A stretch of DNA of 44,902 nucleotides, taken from assembly GCA_964453655.1 (NCBI GenBank), contig CAYVSP010000003.1, positions 1 to 44,902 on the forward strand, read 5' to 3'. A model generated the notes under the pieces. That model searched no databases, was not told where the DNA came from, and saw only the letters and a program-made list of their open reading frames with translations. Of the stretch, positions 1-10,014 are shown one piece after another. The stretch is from an uncultured Candidatus Saccharibacteria bacterium (lineage in GTDB: Bacteria; Patescibacteriota; Saccharimonadia; Saccharimonadales; CAYVSP01). Numbering within the stretch: the first letter of the stretch is position 1; each line of letters starts with the position of its first letter. The position numbers and the translations under genes are program-made.

Positions 1-4
1 CTTA

Positions 5-524
5 TGGTGGAGCTGCCGGGTACTGCCCCCGGGTCCGCTAGTTTACCAATGTTAGACGTCTACAGGCTTAGGTCATTTAATTACTGCAAAACATTGAAAT
101 GACCAAAAAGTTTTACAGGTTGATTCAATTGTCTTAACCGAATGTCGAATCAAATATTCGGTGCATCCAGATGATATGACACGCTACTAGAATATCTGGC
201 GTCAGGCTAGGCGCGGCTTTAGTAAATTAAACTAAAGCTAATGCTTTAGGAGCAAAAGCAGCAGCAAGACTGTTAAGTTTTGTGCTTACAAATGCAGTAA
301 AGCGTTCTTTAAGATTTGCATCTAAAAGGTTGTTGCCTATTCAAGACCTACCTACCGATGTTTCATATCCTAAAAATCGTTGATTTTTTGCTGAAAAGAT
401 ATATTCTTCACTACCAAACTAAACAATTTCAGATTCATGAAACACCAATAGGTAGGCCTCACGCTGACAAGCGACCTGCTGATCTAACTGATAAAGTCCA
501 ACGTCGAGCTTAAAATTCAGCCCC
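5..524 (-). ncRNA. ssrA: tmRNA (SsrA), unusually long (about 520 nt)
   Basis: The minus-strand read begins GGGGCTGAATTTTAAGCTCGACG (rc of 502-524). It ends GGACCCGGGGGCAGTACCCGGCAGCTCCACCA (rc of 5-36). This gives a 7-bp acceptor stem GGGGCTG/CAGCTCC with the G3:U alanine identity pair, discriminator A and CCA. A candidate tag frame ends GCA TTA GCT TTA GTT TAA (..KALALV stop). Its stop (rc of 227-229) sits in the loop of hairpin GCTTTAGT/ACTAAAGC, as in known tmRNAs. The T-loop (GGCAGTA) is non-canonical. Confidence 0.8.
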
Positions 525-582
525 GTAACAGATATTATACACTCTTAATACGCTTATGTCTACCCCTTTGCCTTCGCGAAAA

Positions 583-1047
583 CTAAACATCAAACGGGTG
601 GTCGCATGACCCTGGTTTGTCGCCTCGGCACACTTCCTGGTGCATGAGCGTCAAGCTCTCCAATAGTTGGGCCTGTTGTTTGTCACTTAATTTAGCAAAC
701 ATCGGCGCGTGATAGCTATTTAATACTTGCAGGGCTTCTTCCGTCATGCGCTCTCCTTTGGACGAGGGTACAGTAATATGCTCTCGGCGATTACGCTCAC
801 TGATGCGAGTTGTCAGCATACTTTGATCATGCAGCAGCTTTATTTGTCGGCTAATACTAGCCTCAGTTTGACCAAGTGCTTCGGCTATATAGCGCTGCTG
901 AACATTTGGATTCCACTGTAACACCATCAATATCTTAAATTGGGAAAACCCTATGCCGAGCCGTTCCTGCAGTGCTTGATCAGATTGTTTGGCTAACACG
1001 CCAGACAAATGTTGAAGCAGGTAGCCGATGTTGTTTGTTGGTCGCAT
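583..1047 (-). CDS. MarR-family transcriptional regulator
   Basis: 154 aa. The winged-helix pattern is typical of MarR (..FSQFKILMVLQWNPNVQQRYIAEALGQTEASISRQIKLL..RNRREHITVPSSKGE..). Confidence 0.8.
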   Translation of the reverse strand: MRPTNNIGYLLQHLSGVLAKQSDQALQERLGIGFSQFKILMVLQWNPNVQQRYIAEALGQTEASISRQIKLLHDQSMLTTRISERNRREHITVPSSKGERMTEEALQVLNSYHAPMFAKLSDKQQAQLLESLTLMHQEVCRGDKPGSCDHPFDV

Positions 1048-1137
1048 TAGTTTAAAACCTTGAAAATATCTTAACCAACTAATTGTAGCGCATGCATACT
1101 TAACACATCAAGTATTGGCTGCGTTGGAGCAGGGAAG

Positions 1138-1950
1138 TTACAAAATTTCGGCTTTGACGCTGGCTACATAAAGTCTGTTCCAGTCCCTAAGAGACAACGC
1201 TTGGGGACGCAAGTCAGAAGCAATTTGAGCCTCATCCAGAACTGCTTGTATCTGAGCCTTTTCCATTCTTAGACTGCCTGCTAGAGAGTTAATCAGGGTT
1301 TTGCGTCGCGCGGCAAATCCAGCTTTTACCAACCTAAAAAAGGCTTTTGTGCCAATGTCCGATAGGAGTTGTTCTGATCGGCTCTTGAGAATCAAAATCT
1401 GCGAATCAACTTTGGGTGGCGGTGTGAACAATCGAGCTGGGACGACCTGACCCAAGCTAACCTGCCAGTAAAATTGAGCTGTTACGGACAACAACGACAT
1501 AGCGCCTGGCTGAGCCGCTACTCGCTGGGCCACTTCTTTTTGGACCAATAAAACAACCCGACTGGCTGGATTTGGTGAGTCCGATAGCATTCTGAGTAGA
1601 TTACCGGTCAAGTAGTAAGGAATATTGGCCACAATCTTATACTTTGGGGGCAGCTGGGTTAAGTCAAGCCGTAAAATATCCCCTTCCATCACCTCCAGTC
1701 CCTCCCCCTGCATATGTGCTAGGTTTATCCTTTCACTTAGAGATTTGGCGAGTTGGTGGTCTTTTTCAACGGCTATAACGTGGTTAGTCTGCTCTAGCAG
1801 CTTTTTGGTGAGTGTTCCCAGACCTGGGCCAATTTCAAGCACATTATCATCTTTAGTCAGCTCTCCTGCTGCACAAATAGCGTCTAAGGCTTGTTCATCG
1901 TGCAGCCAATGCTGGCCCAGGCTTTTCTTGGTAGTATGTTCACTGGTCAT
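1138..1950 (-). CDS. rsmA: 16S rRNA (adenine1518/1519-N6)-dimethyltransferase RsmA/KsgA
   Basis: 270 aa. It has the N-terminal SLGQHWL motif, SAM motif VLEIGPGLGTLT and the NIPYY motif. Confidence 0.9.
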   Translation of the reverse strand: MTSEHTTKKSLGQHWLHDEQALDAICAAGELTKDDNVLEIGPGLGTLTKKLLEQTNHVIAVEKDHQLAKSLSERINLAHMQGEGLEVMEGDILRLDLTQLPPKYKIVANIPYYLTGNLLRMLSDSPNPASRVVLLVQKEVAQRVAAQPGAMSLLSVTAQFYWQVSLGQVVPARLFTPPPKVDSQILILKSRSEQLLSDIGTKAFFRLVKAGFAARRKTLINSLAGSLRMEKAQIQAVLDEAQIASDLRPQALSLRDWNRLYVASVKAEIL

Positions 1951-1981
1951 ACTCTGACTATAACAAATCTAGAGATTACAT

Positions 1982-3247
1982 CTACCAGCTGTGATAGCTT
2001 TGCCAATGGCTAGAAGCAGCAGCCCAACTACCGTAACGACCGACCGCATAACCTGAGCACCAACGCATTTGAGTGACCGGATTACTCGCCCAATCACCCC
2101 CGGCGGCCGACATTTTGGATGGAGGTGTGGCCTGGCACAAACCATAGCCGCCGGCGCCCGGCGCACCATGATAAGCCGGACAACCGCCAGCCTCGCCTTG
2201 CCACTTGGTGGCACACCAACCAGACTCATGACTAATGATATAGTTGGCATAGCCGTAATCGCCTTCCGATAAGCCGGCGGATGCCATAATGGCAGTCTTA
2301 TCTGTCGGCACATCAATAAAGCTACCCTCCGCAACAATTTGCACGACGGGCGGTTGAATAGTAACTTCCTGTACAATTTGCCGCTTGCCGTCTGGACCAT
2401 TAATGAAGGTAACTAGTTTTTTGCCTGGACTGCCTTGCTGACGGATAGCGGTTGCACCCAAAGAAAGACTCTTGTCTTTTATTCTTTGCTGTGGCATTGC
2501 AATTTCTTGTTGTTCAGTTAGTAGCTGGGTACCTTTACGTAAAATGAATACTTGTTGATTCGGCGTAATTGTTGTGCTGGCGCCGGGCTGGACACTGTCG
2601 CCTTCTGCGAGATGGATGTTTTTTTCCTTTAGTAAATCACTCACTTTGGCAGTCTGAGTCCTCACCTCGGCGGGCGTACCATAGACATTCAACACAAGCG
2701 GCGTGGCACGCTTAACCGTAACCTTAGCGGTAATGCCGTCTCTTAGAAAGTCATTCGATGGCGCCTCATTAACAACGTCTTCAGGGTAAAGATTGACACC
2801 AACTTGTTGGGCAACACTACGCGGTGTTGTGGCTGCGCTCAACGAAAAAACCTTGGTGCTGCCTTCAACCACCGTCACTGGCCTTGCCCGGTAGACGTTT
2901 ACTTTAAAATTGTCTTCCACTATGGGTGTATCGGCTGCCGGTTCTACCACATCGCCTTGATTGAGGACGATATTAAGTCGCTTTAAAAAATCACCGACAG
3001 TGGTTGCGCGAGTCGGCAGGGTTTCTTCCTTTTTATTATTATTAAGAATTACGATGTGAGAGTCACTAGCAGTAACGGTGTGGCTACCAAGCGAAACAAA
3101 AAGCGTCAGCGTAATAAAAAACAGAATTAAAAAGGTAGCTACTGGCACAATAAATGGATGACTTTTAAGTGCCACGAGGCGATGACGCCTGGCCGTTCGC
3201 TTGGCGAGGTGTTTGTTCTTGTGGACAAATTTAATGCGTTTACGCAT
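1982..3247 (-). CDS. Cell-wall hydrolase of RpfB/YabE architecture (TM anchor, DUF348-like repeats, G5-like region, C-terminal lysozyme-like/Apf-type domain)
   Basis: 421 aa with an N-terminal TM helix and repeated segments of the type V..DG......T...TVGD.L....I. The C terminus is YIISHESGW..GGYGLCQA..YAVGRYGSWAAASSHWQSYHSW, resembling the SLT/aggregation-promoting-factor C-terminal domain. Confidence 0.65.
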   Translation of the reverse strand: MRKRIKFVHKNKHLAKRTARRHRLVALKSHPFIVPVATFLILFFITLTLFVSLGSHTVTASDSHIVILNNNKKEETLPTRATTVGDFLKRLNIVLNQGDVVEPAADTPIVEDNFKVNVYRARPVTVVEGSTKVFSLSAATTPRSVAQQVGVNLYPEDVVNEAPSNDFLRDGITAKVTVKRATPLVLNVYGTPAEVRTQTAKVSDLLKEKNIHLAEGDSVQPGASTTITPNQQVFILRKGTQLLTEQQEIAMPQQRIKDKSLSLGATAIRQQGSPGKKLVTFINGPDGKRQIVQEVTIQPPVVQIVAEGSFIDVPTDKTAIMASAGLSEGDYGYANYIISHESGWCATKWQGEAGGCPAYHGAPGAGGYGLCQATPPSKMSAAGGDWASNPVTQMRWCSGYAVGRYGSWAAASSHWQSYHSW

Positions 3248-3358
3248 TGGTGGTGCCTACCCGCACGCTCCTTTTATGACTACTTATCTTCAAAACGACA
3301 ACAATTTCACCAAAGAAAACCAGCGTCCAGTGTAGCAAATTTAAGGGGTAAATGCTAC

Positions 3359-5479
3359 TTACAGTCGCTCTAGAGGAGCAAAAGCAATATTCAGCTTTTT
3401 AGTACCACTCCCCTTAAAATAAATAGTTGCGTTGTCGCCGCTTATCTCGACAACCCGGCCGGTTCCAAAAAGCTTATGGCGCACCTGATCGCCCTCATTT
3501 AGTTCCGGTAGATAGACGGGCTCCTGATTGACTTCATCAAAGTTTGGTGGAGTCGATTCAAAAGCTGTCCGTTGGCTGGCAGGCTCAATCTCACTCAAGA
3601 ATCTGGACGGTGGATTGTGCTGAGAGGTTCCATAAAGTAAGCGCTGGCTAGCATGAATGAGATACAGCTCCTCTTTAGCCCTAGTCATGCCGACATAACA
3701 TAGCCGCCGCTCCTCTTCCATTTCATTTTGATCATACAAGGCCCGCGAGTGTGGAAAGATAGTCTCTTCCATACCGGTTATAAACACCACTGGAAACTCC
3801 AGGCCCTTAGCAGCATGTAAAGTCATTAGCGTTACAGCGTCATTACCAAATTTGGCGGCGTCAATGTCGCTAATTAGTGCCACTTCCTCTAAGAAACCGG
3901 CTAGCCCTGCCTCTTCGAATGAGCGAGCCACACTTAAAAGCTCGCGTACGTTTTCCTGCCGAGCTTCGCCTTGCGGTGTACCATCTGTCAGATAGTCTAG
4001 GTAGTTTAAGCGACGTATTAGGCTGTCCAGCAGGCCGGATAGACTTGTTTCTGCAATAAGCTCATGGAGTTTACTAATCAATTCGCCCAGCTCGTGCAAC
4101 GCTTGACGTGCTTTGGGAGTTAGCTCTATACAACTATCAACCTGCAATAAGGCACCCAGCAAACTTTTGCCACCCCGCCAATCATGGAAAACTTGAAGCG
4201 ACTTTGGTCCGATACCACGCGTTGGCACATTCACAACGCGCTCAAAGCTAACATGGTCTTGTGGTTGATAAATAAGCCTTAAATAGGCTAACAAGTCTTT
4301 AATTTCTTTGCGTTCATAAAAGCGTACCCCGCCAACTATGCGATAAGGAATAGCGTAACGGATAAATGTCTCTTCGATGGAGCGGCTCTGAGCATTAGTA
4401 CGATATAGCACGGCGAAATCCTCAAATTTCCTCAGGCGCAGGTCCGTGGCCGTTCGAACGCGTTGCATTACCGCTTCAGCCTCGGCCCGCTCACTGCCGA
4501 CTTGCATGATCTGGACTGGCATACCATGCTGTGCTTCGGTCCATAACTTCTTATCAGAACGCTGCTGGTTCTTAGTGATAACGGCATGTGCCGCTTCCAA
4601 AATGTGCTTTGTACTTCGGTAATTTTGCTCAAGTTTAATAATAGTCGTTTTGGGATAGTCTTTTTCAAAATTAAGAATATTTCTAAAGTCAGCACCTCGC
4701 CAGGAGTAAATACTTTGCCAATCGTCACCAACGACGGCAATGTTTTGATCTTTATTAGTTAGTAGCTTTACCAAGCGGTACTGCGCCGCGTTGGTGTCTT
4801 GATACTCATCGATTAGGACATAGCGAAATTGACGTTGCCATTTCTCGAAAATTTCTTTCTGGCTTTCTAATAAGTACACGGTGCGTCCGATCAGATCATC
4901 AAAATCAAGAGCGCTGGCGTCTTTGAGTACTTGTTGATAACGAGGAAAGGCTGCTGAAGCCGCGCGCTCTGCTGGACTATTCTGTAGCCCGGCATACTGG
5001 GCTGGCGTAATCAACTCATTTTTAGCACTGCTAATCAGGCTTGCCAATAATCTAGGCGGGAAACTTTTTTCGTCAATGTGCAGCTCTTTTGCTACTTGCT
5101 TTAGCGCTGCTTGCCGATCGGCCTCATCAAAGATAACGAAATTACGTGGAATGCCACTATGCTCACCGTCCTGTCTAAGTATTCGTACACAAATGCTGTG
5201 AAATGTACCAGCGAACGGCAGGAATGAACGGTTATCGGGATTCTCGCCCATTAGCTTAGCAATCCGTTCACGCATTTCGCGAGCCGCCTTATTGGTAAAT
5301 GTTACTGCCAAGATATTAAACGGGGTCGCTTTCTTGCTGGTAATTAAGTAAGCAATCCGGTGCGTCAGTGTCTTAGTCTTACCACTGCCGGCACCAGCTA
5401 GAATAAGCAACGGACCCTCAGTAGTTTCAACTGCCCGCTGCTGCTCTTTATTTAATCCTGTCAGTAAGCTCTCAAGCAC
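3359..5479 (-). CDS. pcrA: ATP-dependent DNA helicase PcrA/UvrD (SF1)
   Basis: 706 aa. It has Walker A AGAGSGKTKT, the DEYQDT motif, the VGDDWQSIYSWRGA and TLHAAKGLEFP motifs, and a C-terminal Tudor-like tail. Confidence 0.92.
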   Translation of the reverse strand: MLESLLTGLNKEQQRAVETTEGPLLILAGAGSGKTKTLTHRIAYLITSKKATPFNILAVTFTNKAAREMRERIAKLMGENPDNRSFLPFAGTFHSICVRILRQDGEHSGIPRNFVIFDEADRQAALKQVAKELHIDEKSFPPRLLASLISSAKNELITPAQYAGLQNSPAERAASAAFPRYQQVLKDASALDFDDLIGRTVYLLESQKEIFEKWQRQFRYVLIDEYQDTNAAQYRLVKLLTNKDQNIAVVGDDWQSIYSWRGADFRNILNFEKDYPKTTIIKLEQNYRSTKHILEAAHAVITKNQQRSDKKLWTEAQHGMPVQIMQVGSERAEAEAVMQRVRTATDLRLRKFEDFAVLYRTNAQSRSIEETFIRYAIPYRIVGGVRFYERKEIKDLLAYLRLIYQPQDHVSFERVVNVPTRGIGPKSLQVFHDWRGGKSLLGALLQVDSCIELTPKARQALHELGELISKLHELIAETSLSGLLDSLIRRLNYLDYLTDGTPQGEARQENVRELLSVARSFEEAGLAGFLEEVALISDIDAAKFGNDAVTLMTLHAAKGLEFPVVFITGMEETIFPHSRALYDQNEMEEERRLCYVGMTRAKEELYLIHASQRLLYGTSQHNPPSRFLSEIEPASQRTAFESTPPNFDEVNQEPVYLPELNEGDQVRHKLFGTGRVVEISGDNATIYFKGSGTKKLNIAFAPLERL

Positions 5480-5510
5480 TTGGCTATTTTAGCAGCAATA
5501 GGCTTGCTAG

Positions 5511-6116
5511 CTAAGAGCTCATCAGTAGCCAAGCTATCAACAACAAGGCTACTGCACCAACTCCCAAAATCAGTAATAAAATGCGCTTGCTGCGCTGGCG
5601 TTTCTCTTCGCCGACGTGAACGACGTATTGCTTATCATCTATTAGCTTTTGCACAGTTGCTTGGCGAGCTTTTTCTTCGTCACTAACTTTTTCTTCACTT
5701 GTTTCTGTTTCTTTTTCTTTTTTGTCAGATTCAGCTTGTTGTATTGCAGAACTATCAGATGTTTTTGGATTATCTTCACTCGGTTTAGTTGGTGGTTCCG
5801 GTGTTGGTGGTTCAGGCGCCACGGTTTCGTGTAATGGACTTACCGGGTGTGCCTCATGAGGCGCAATCTTATCTTCAGTTGATTTTAGAGAGCTGTCTTG
5901 TTCATCGTTATCTTTTTTACTGGCAGCAACACTAGTGGAAGCTGAAGCGGTAACCATCGGATCTTCCACCATACTTTTATGTCCTACTATGATCGGGCGT
6001 GAGGTAGTATCTGGCCTGCTTTGGCCCGGCTTGGCAACATCAAAAACGCCGCTCGTATCATCATTTTTTGCGTTCACTATTTGTCCCCTCTGCTTCATGA
6101 AGTACTTTTTCGGCAC
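5511..6116 (-). CDS. Hypothetical acidic, P/E/S/T-rich protein with C-terminal TM anchor
   Basis: 201-aa ORF of low complexity ending in a hydrophobic helix (ILLLILGVGAVALLLIAWLL). It overlaps the 3' end of tpiA by 56 nt, so the true start may be further downstream. Confidence 0.4.
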   Translation of the reverse strand: MPKKYFMKQRGQIVNAKNDDTSGVFDVAKPGQSRPDTTSRPIIVGHKSMVEDPMVTASASTSVAASKKDNDEQDSSLKSTEDKIAPHEAHPVSPLHETVAPEPPTPEPPTKPSEDNPKTSDSSAIQQAESDKKEKETETSEEKVSDEEKARQATVQKLIDDKQYVVHVGEEKRQRSKRILLLILGVGAVALLLIAWLLMSS

Positions 6117-6879
6117 TTTGTATTATGCTGCTAAACTCCTGATAATTCAGACTCGCGCCGCCAGGTAACAAACCATCAATTCCAGGTACTGTTAAGTAAC
6201 CATAGGCGTTTTCACCATCGCTACTGCCACCATAAAGCACACGAACCCGTTTGGCGGCTTTTTCACCATAGAGTTCACCAATATGATGTCTGATTAAAGC
6301 AGCTGCCTTTTCAACCTCATCCGGTTTAGCAATGGCATGGTGAGTATAATCACTGCCGCTACTAATGGCCCAAACCGGCTCATAAGCAACGACCAAATCC
6401 CCAACTTCCTCAGCCGTCAAGCCACTGATAGCCGTGGTAAGCTGGTCGTGAATAACTCGCGGTGTCTCACCCATCATTTTTTCGCTTTTAGTCTCGCCAA
6501 CACACAAGATAGGAATCAGTTCATTGCGAAAGGCGGCAGCCACTTTTTCACTCACCAGGCTTAAACTTTCATTAAAAATATGCCGGCGTTCAGAGTGGCC
6601 AACCAACACATAGTGGACTATATCGCGCAGCATGCTAAACGAGACTTCGCCGGTAAAAGCTCCATCATCTTTGAAATAGGCGTTCTGAGCAGCCAAGCGG
6701 AACTTGCGCCTGTCAAGCTGAACGCTCAAAGGCTGCAAAGCAAGCATGCTGGGTGCTAACACTACTTCAATATCCCGATGTCCTTTAATGTGTTTATCGA
6801 GCCGCTGTAATAGCAAGCTGGACTGCGCCACCGTCAAATGCATTTTCCAGTTTCCAACGATTAAAATCTTACGCATCAT
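6061..6879 (-). CDS. tpiA: Triosephosphate isomerase
   Basis: 272 aa with the GNWKMH, GHSERR and AYEPVWAI motifs. Confidence 0.92.
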   Translation of the reverse strand: MMRKILIVGNWKMHLTVAQSSLLLQRLDKHIKGHRDIEVVLAPSMLALQPLSVQLDRRKFRLAAQNAYFKDDGAFTGEVSFSMLRDIVHYVLVGHSERRHIFNESLSLVSEKVAAAFRNELIPILCVGETKSEKMMGETPRVIHDQLTTAISGLTAEEVGDLVVAYEPVWAISSGSDYTHHAIAKPDEVEKAAALIRHHIGELYGEKAAKRVRVLYGGSSDGENAYGYLTVPGIDGLLPGGASLNYQEFSSIIQSAEKVLHEAEGTNSERKK

Positions 6880-6900
6880 GCTTAAGGTTATTGTACAGCA

Positions 6901-8196
6901 TTATTTACCTTTATTTTGCAGTGCTTCAACCCCTGGTAGTTTTTTGCCGGCCATCAATTCCAGGCTGGCACCGCCGCCGGTTGAAACATGATTAAAGTAG
7001 CTTGTCATGTGGCGCTCAGCCAGGTAAGCCGCAGTGTCGCCACCACCCACTAAGGTAAACGGTTGATGGCCGTATTCGCCAATTAAAGCATCAATGACTA
7101 GTTCTGTGCCATGTGCAAATGGACCGACCGCCCCTTGCAGAGCAGGTACTTCGGTTACCCCCATTGCACCATTCCATACAACTGTTTCGCACAGCTGAGT
7201 TGCACCAGCAATAAAGGCACCACTAAACGGCCCAATATCTAATATCATTTCGTCAGCTTTAATCATCGCGCTTTCGCGCGGCGGCCGCTTTGGATAGTTT
7301 TCTACTTCTGCAATCACGTGCGCATCCCAATCTACAATGCGAGTTGTGGCATGTTCCTCAACACGTTTTGCCACTACACCGTCTTGCGGTAAGTAAAAAA
7401 TAAAGTGTTCTTTCTTAGCTTTAGTGCGGGCTTTTTCTAATATATCCTTGGCCAGCGGCAAATCAGTTTTATCAGCCATGCTCTTGCCAATTTTGACACC
7501 TTGAGCCAGCAAAAATGTATTAGACATAGCCCCACCGATTACTACGATGTCGGCAATTTCAATGAAACGTTTTATGATATCGATTTTATCGGCAATCTTG
7601 GCGCCGCCTACAATTGCCATTAAAGGGCGCTGGGGCTTTTCCATAACGTCAGTGATGGTGTCTACTTCTTGTTCGAGTAAGAGTCCAGCTACAGCTGGCA
7701 GTAGTTTCGCTACACCACTAATCGACGCATGGTTCCGATGGGCATTACCAAACGCATCTTGGACGAATACCTGGCAGCCATTGGCTAGTTCGGCGGCAAA
7801 GCCTGAATCATTAGCTTCTTCACCAGCGTGAAAACGGGTGTTCTCGAGCAACAGTATCTGACCAGGTTTCAGCTTTGAGACTGTTTGTTTTACGACCGGG
7901 CCGATGCAGTCTTTCTCAAACTGCACTTCTTTGCCAATGAGTTTAGAAAGTATTGGCGCAACTGGCCGTAAGCTAAACTTAGGCACAACCTTTCCATCAG
8001 GTCGACCTCGGTGGCTGATGAGTACAATCCGGCATTTTTTCTCAAGTAAATACTTTAAAGTTGGCAGCGAGGCCTTGATGCGATAGTCGTCAGTAACTTC
8101 GCCTTGGTCATTACCAGGCACATTATAGTCAACACTTACCAGAACGCATTTATCGTCAAGCTTGATATCTCTAATTGTTTTTTTGCGAAATCCCAC
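6901..8196 (-). CDS. pgk: Phosphoglycerate kinase
   Basis: 431 aa with the SHRGRP, ENTRFH and GGGDTAA motifs and the C-terminal STGGGASLE motif. Confidence 0.92.
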   Translation of the reverse strand: MGFRKKTIRDIKLDDKCVLVSVDYNVPGNDQGEVTDDYRIKASLPTLKYLLEKKCRIVLISHRGRPDGKVVPKFSLRPVAPILSKLIGKEVQFEKDCIGPVVKQTVSKLKPGQILLLENTRFHAGEEANDSGFAAELANGCQVFVQDAFGNAHRNHASISGVAKLLPAVAGLLLEQEVDTITDVMEKPQRPLMAIVGGAKIADKIDIIKRFIEIADIVVIGGAMSNTFLLAQGVKIGKSMADKTDLPLAKDILEKARTKAKKEHFIFYLPQDGVVAKRVEEHATTRIVDWDAHVIAEVENYPKRPPRESAMIKADEMILDIGPFSGAFIAGATQLCETVVWNGAMGVTEVPALQGAVGPFAHGTELVIDALIGEYGHQPFTLVGGGDTAAYLAERHMTSYFNHVSTGGGASLELMAGKKLPGVEALQNKGK

Positions 8197-8305
8197 CCTA
8201 CTCCACCCGCTTTATTCCTATATTATAAACTGTAATTAGATTAAATTGGGAAGAGAAGCTGCGGTTCGCGCTAAGCGAATTGGAATTTATTTCCAAAGCA
8301 GCGAT

Positions 8306-8372
8306 GAGAAACCCAAGCCGGAGGTCCCATTTACCTGTGTTACAGGCCAAATGGGCCGCGCATGGGTGTCTC
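8306..8372 (-). terminator. Compound 67-nt stem-loop immediately after the pyk stop (intercistronic hairpin or terminator)
   Basis: Three nested stems: GAGAAACCCA (8306-8315) with TGGGTGTCTC (8363-8372), CCCATTT (8326-8332) with AAATGGG (8349-8355), and CCTGT/ACAGG inside. There is no clear U-tract, so a role in termination versus mRNA processing or stability is unresolved. Confidence 0.35.
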
Positions 8373-8373
8373 A

Positions 8374-9807
8374 TTATTGTAATACCCTGATTTTAATTGT
8401 ATCTGTCGTTCCAACAACACCGGGATATTTACTTGAAGCAGTCACTATAATATCACCTTTGTTTAGTACTTTTTTCTGATTAAGCCAGTTTGTTAGCTTG
8501 GTTGCAGCTAGCTTGTCGCTCGGCCGGACATAACTTTTGACACCGTACACCAATGCTAGTTGTTGGGCCACATGGTTATCAAATGTCACAGCAATGATTG
8601 AGCGGTTTGGCCGCTGCGCTGACAACTGCATGGCGGTTGCGCCAGATTTAGTTTCGGCCACAACCGCTTTGGCACCGACTGAATCGGCCAACAAAATGGC
8701 AGCCCCTGAAATAGCCCGCGATTGACCGCCTTCTGCATTATCCAGAAAGTCGACTTCAACAATATGATTAGCTTCAATGTATTTAATAACTCGTTTCATA
8801 ACTTCGACCGCACTGATTGGATATTTGCCGCTAGCCGTTTCATCACTTAGCATTAGGCAGTCACTGCCTAAGATGACAGCGGTAGCAATATCTGATACCT
8901 CAGCGCGAGTCGGTTCTGCTTCATGCACCATACTGGCAAGCATTTGAGTAGCTACAATAGTCGGTTTGGCCAGTCGTAAACCTAACGCAGTAATTTTCCT
9001 TTGTACTACCGGGACAGCTTCCGGCGTCATTTCTGTAGCTAGGTCGCCGCGCGCCACCATGAGAGCATCAGCTTCGCGAGCAATTTCTTCTAGATGTTCC
9101 ACTGCTGCCTTGGTCTCAATCTTGGCAATAATCTTGGCCGTGCTGCCCAGGTTTTGTAGTATTTTGCGTAATTTGCGTATATCGGCTTCGGTTTGTACAA
9201 AACTTAGTGCTACATAATCCATATCATGAGTTACACCGTAAACAATGTCTTGGCGATCCTTGTCGGTAATAATGTCGCCGGCAAAGTCGGTGTCTGGCAG
9301 ATTAATACCCTTGCGTTTAATAAGTACGCCTTCATTCTCGGCGGTAACATAAATTGCACCATCACGAACACTCGTTATGGTGGTTCGTACTTTGCCGTCA
9401 AAGATATAGAATCGTTCGCCCCGTTTGACTTTTTTACTGAGATCGAACTGTGTTGGTATAAAACCCGTTTGTTCGTAATCAACGTCGTATTTGAAACGCA
9501 GTCCTTGTCCTTTTTGGATTGGTATAACCCCTTCAAAATCGCCTAGACGGAGTTTTGGCCCTTGCAAATCTTGCACGATAGCAACCGGCTTACCGTATTC
9601 TTTGCTGGCTTTACGAATCCATTTAATCTGCTGCCCACGCTCCTCAAAGCTACCGTGGCTAAAATTAAGTCGTAGTCCGTTTGCACCGGCTTGTAACATG
9701 CCCAAAATAGCTTCGTAGCTGTTTGTGGCTGGCCCAAGTGTAGCTAAGATTTTAGTTCGTTTAAACTTAGCCAATGGAACATTAGGGATGCGGTCTGTCG
9801 TATCCAT
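8374..9807 (-). CDS. pyk: Pyruvate kinase
   Basis: 477 aa with the KILATLGPA, LNFSHG and MVARGDL motifs. Confidence 0.92.
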   Translation of the reverse strand: MDTTDRIPNVPLAKFKRTKILATLGPATNSYEAILGMLQAGANGLRLNFSHGSFEERGQQIKWIRKASKEYGKPVAIVQDLQGPKLRLGDFEGVIPIQKGQGLRFKYDVDYEQTGFIPTQFDLSKKVKRGERFYIFDGKVRTTITSVRDGAIYVTAENEGVLIKRKGINLPDTDFAGDIITDKDRQDIVYGVTHDMDYVALSFVQTEADIRKLRKILQNLGSTAKIIAKIETKAAVEHLEEIAREADALMVARGDLATEMTPEAVPVVQRKITALGLRLAKPTIVATQMLASMVHEAEPTRAEVSDIATAVILGSDCLMLSDETASGKYPISAVEVMKRVIKYIEANHIVEVDFLDNAEGGQSRAISGAAILLADSVGAKAVVAETKSGATAMQLSAQRPNRSIIAVTFDNHVAQQLALVYGVKSYVRPSDKLAATKLTNWLNQKKVLNKGDIIVTASSKYPGVVGTTDTIKIRVLQ

Positions 9808-10014
9808 TATCTATCAGTGTACTTGCTTGTGCTTATCCGAGGCAAGCAAGTAGTCATAATAAAAAGCACCTGGGGTGCTTCTATTGGTGACCCGATTAGA
9901 GACGAAGTGGAACCTTATCTGTGAGGAAATACTTCGCTGGCAGCAATTACTCAAGTCAGGTCAAGGGTCATTAGCACTACCTGTTGGTAGTTGAACCCAA
10001 GTCTAAATTCTACC

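Noticed and set aside
316-513. 65-aa plus-strand ORF
   Set aside because: It lies entirely inside and antisense to the tmRNA gene, with no SD and an odd composition. It is spurious.
1969-2400. 143-aa minus-strand ORF (and the 2069-2272 plus-strand ORF)
   Set aside because: It overlaps the well-supported RpfB/YabE-like CDS in another frame. Its Arg/Pro-rich composition is typical of an off-frame translation.
8246-8479. 77-aa plus-strand ORF in the pgk-pyk spacer; also an SRP (4.5S) RNA candidate
   Set aside because: The ORF runs antisense into the pyk 3' end and through the hairpin region. The SRP RNA idea was dropped because the conserved domain IV sequence (GGUCCGGAAGGAAGCAGC-like, GNRA apical loop) is absent on both strands.
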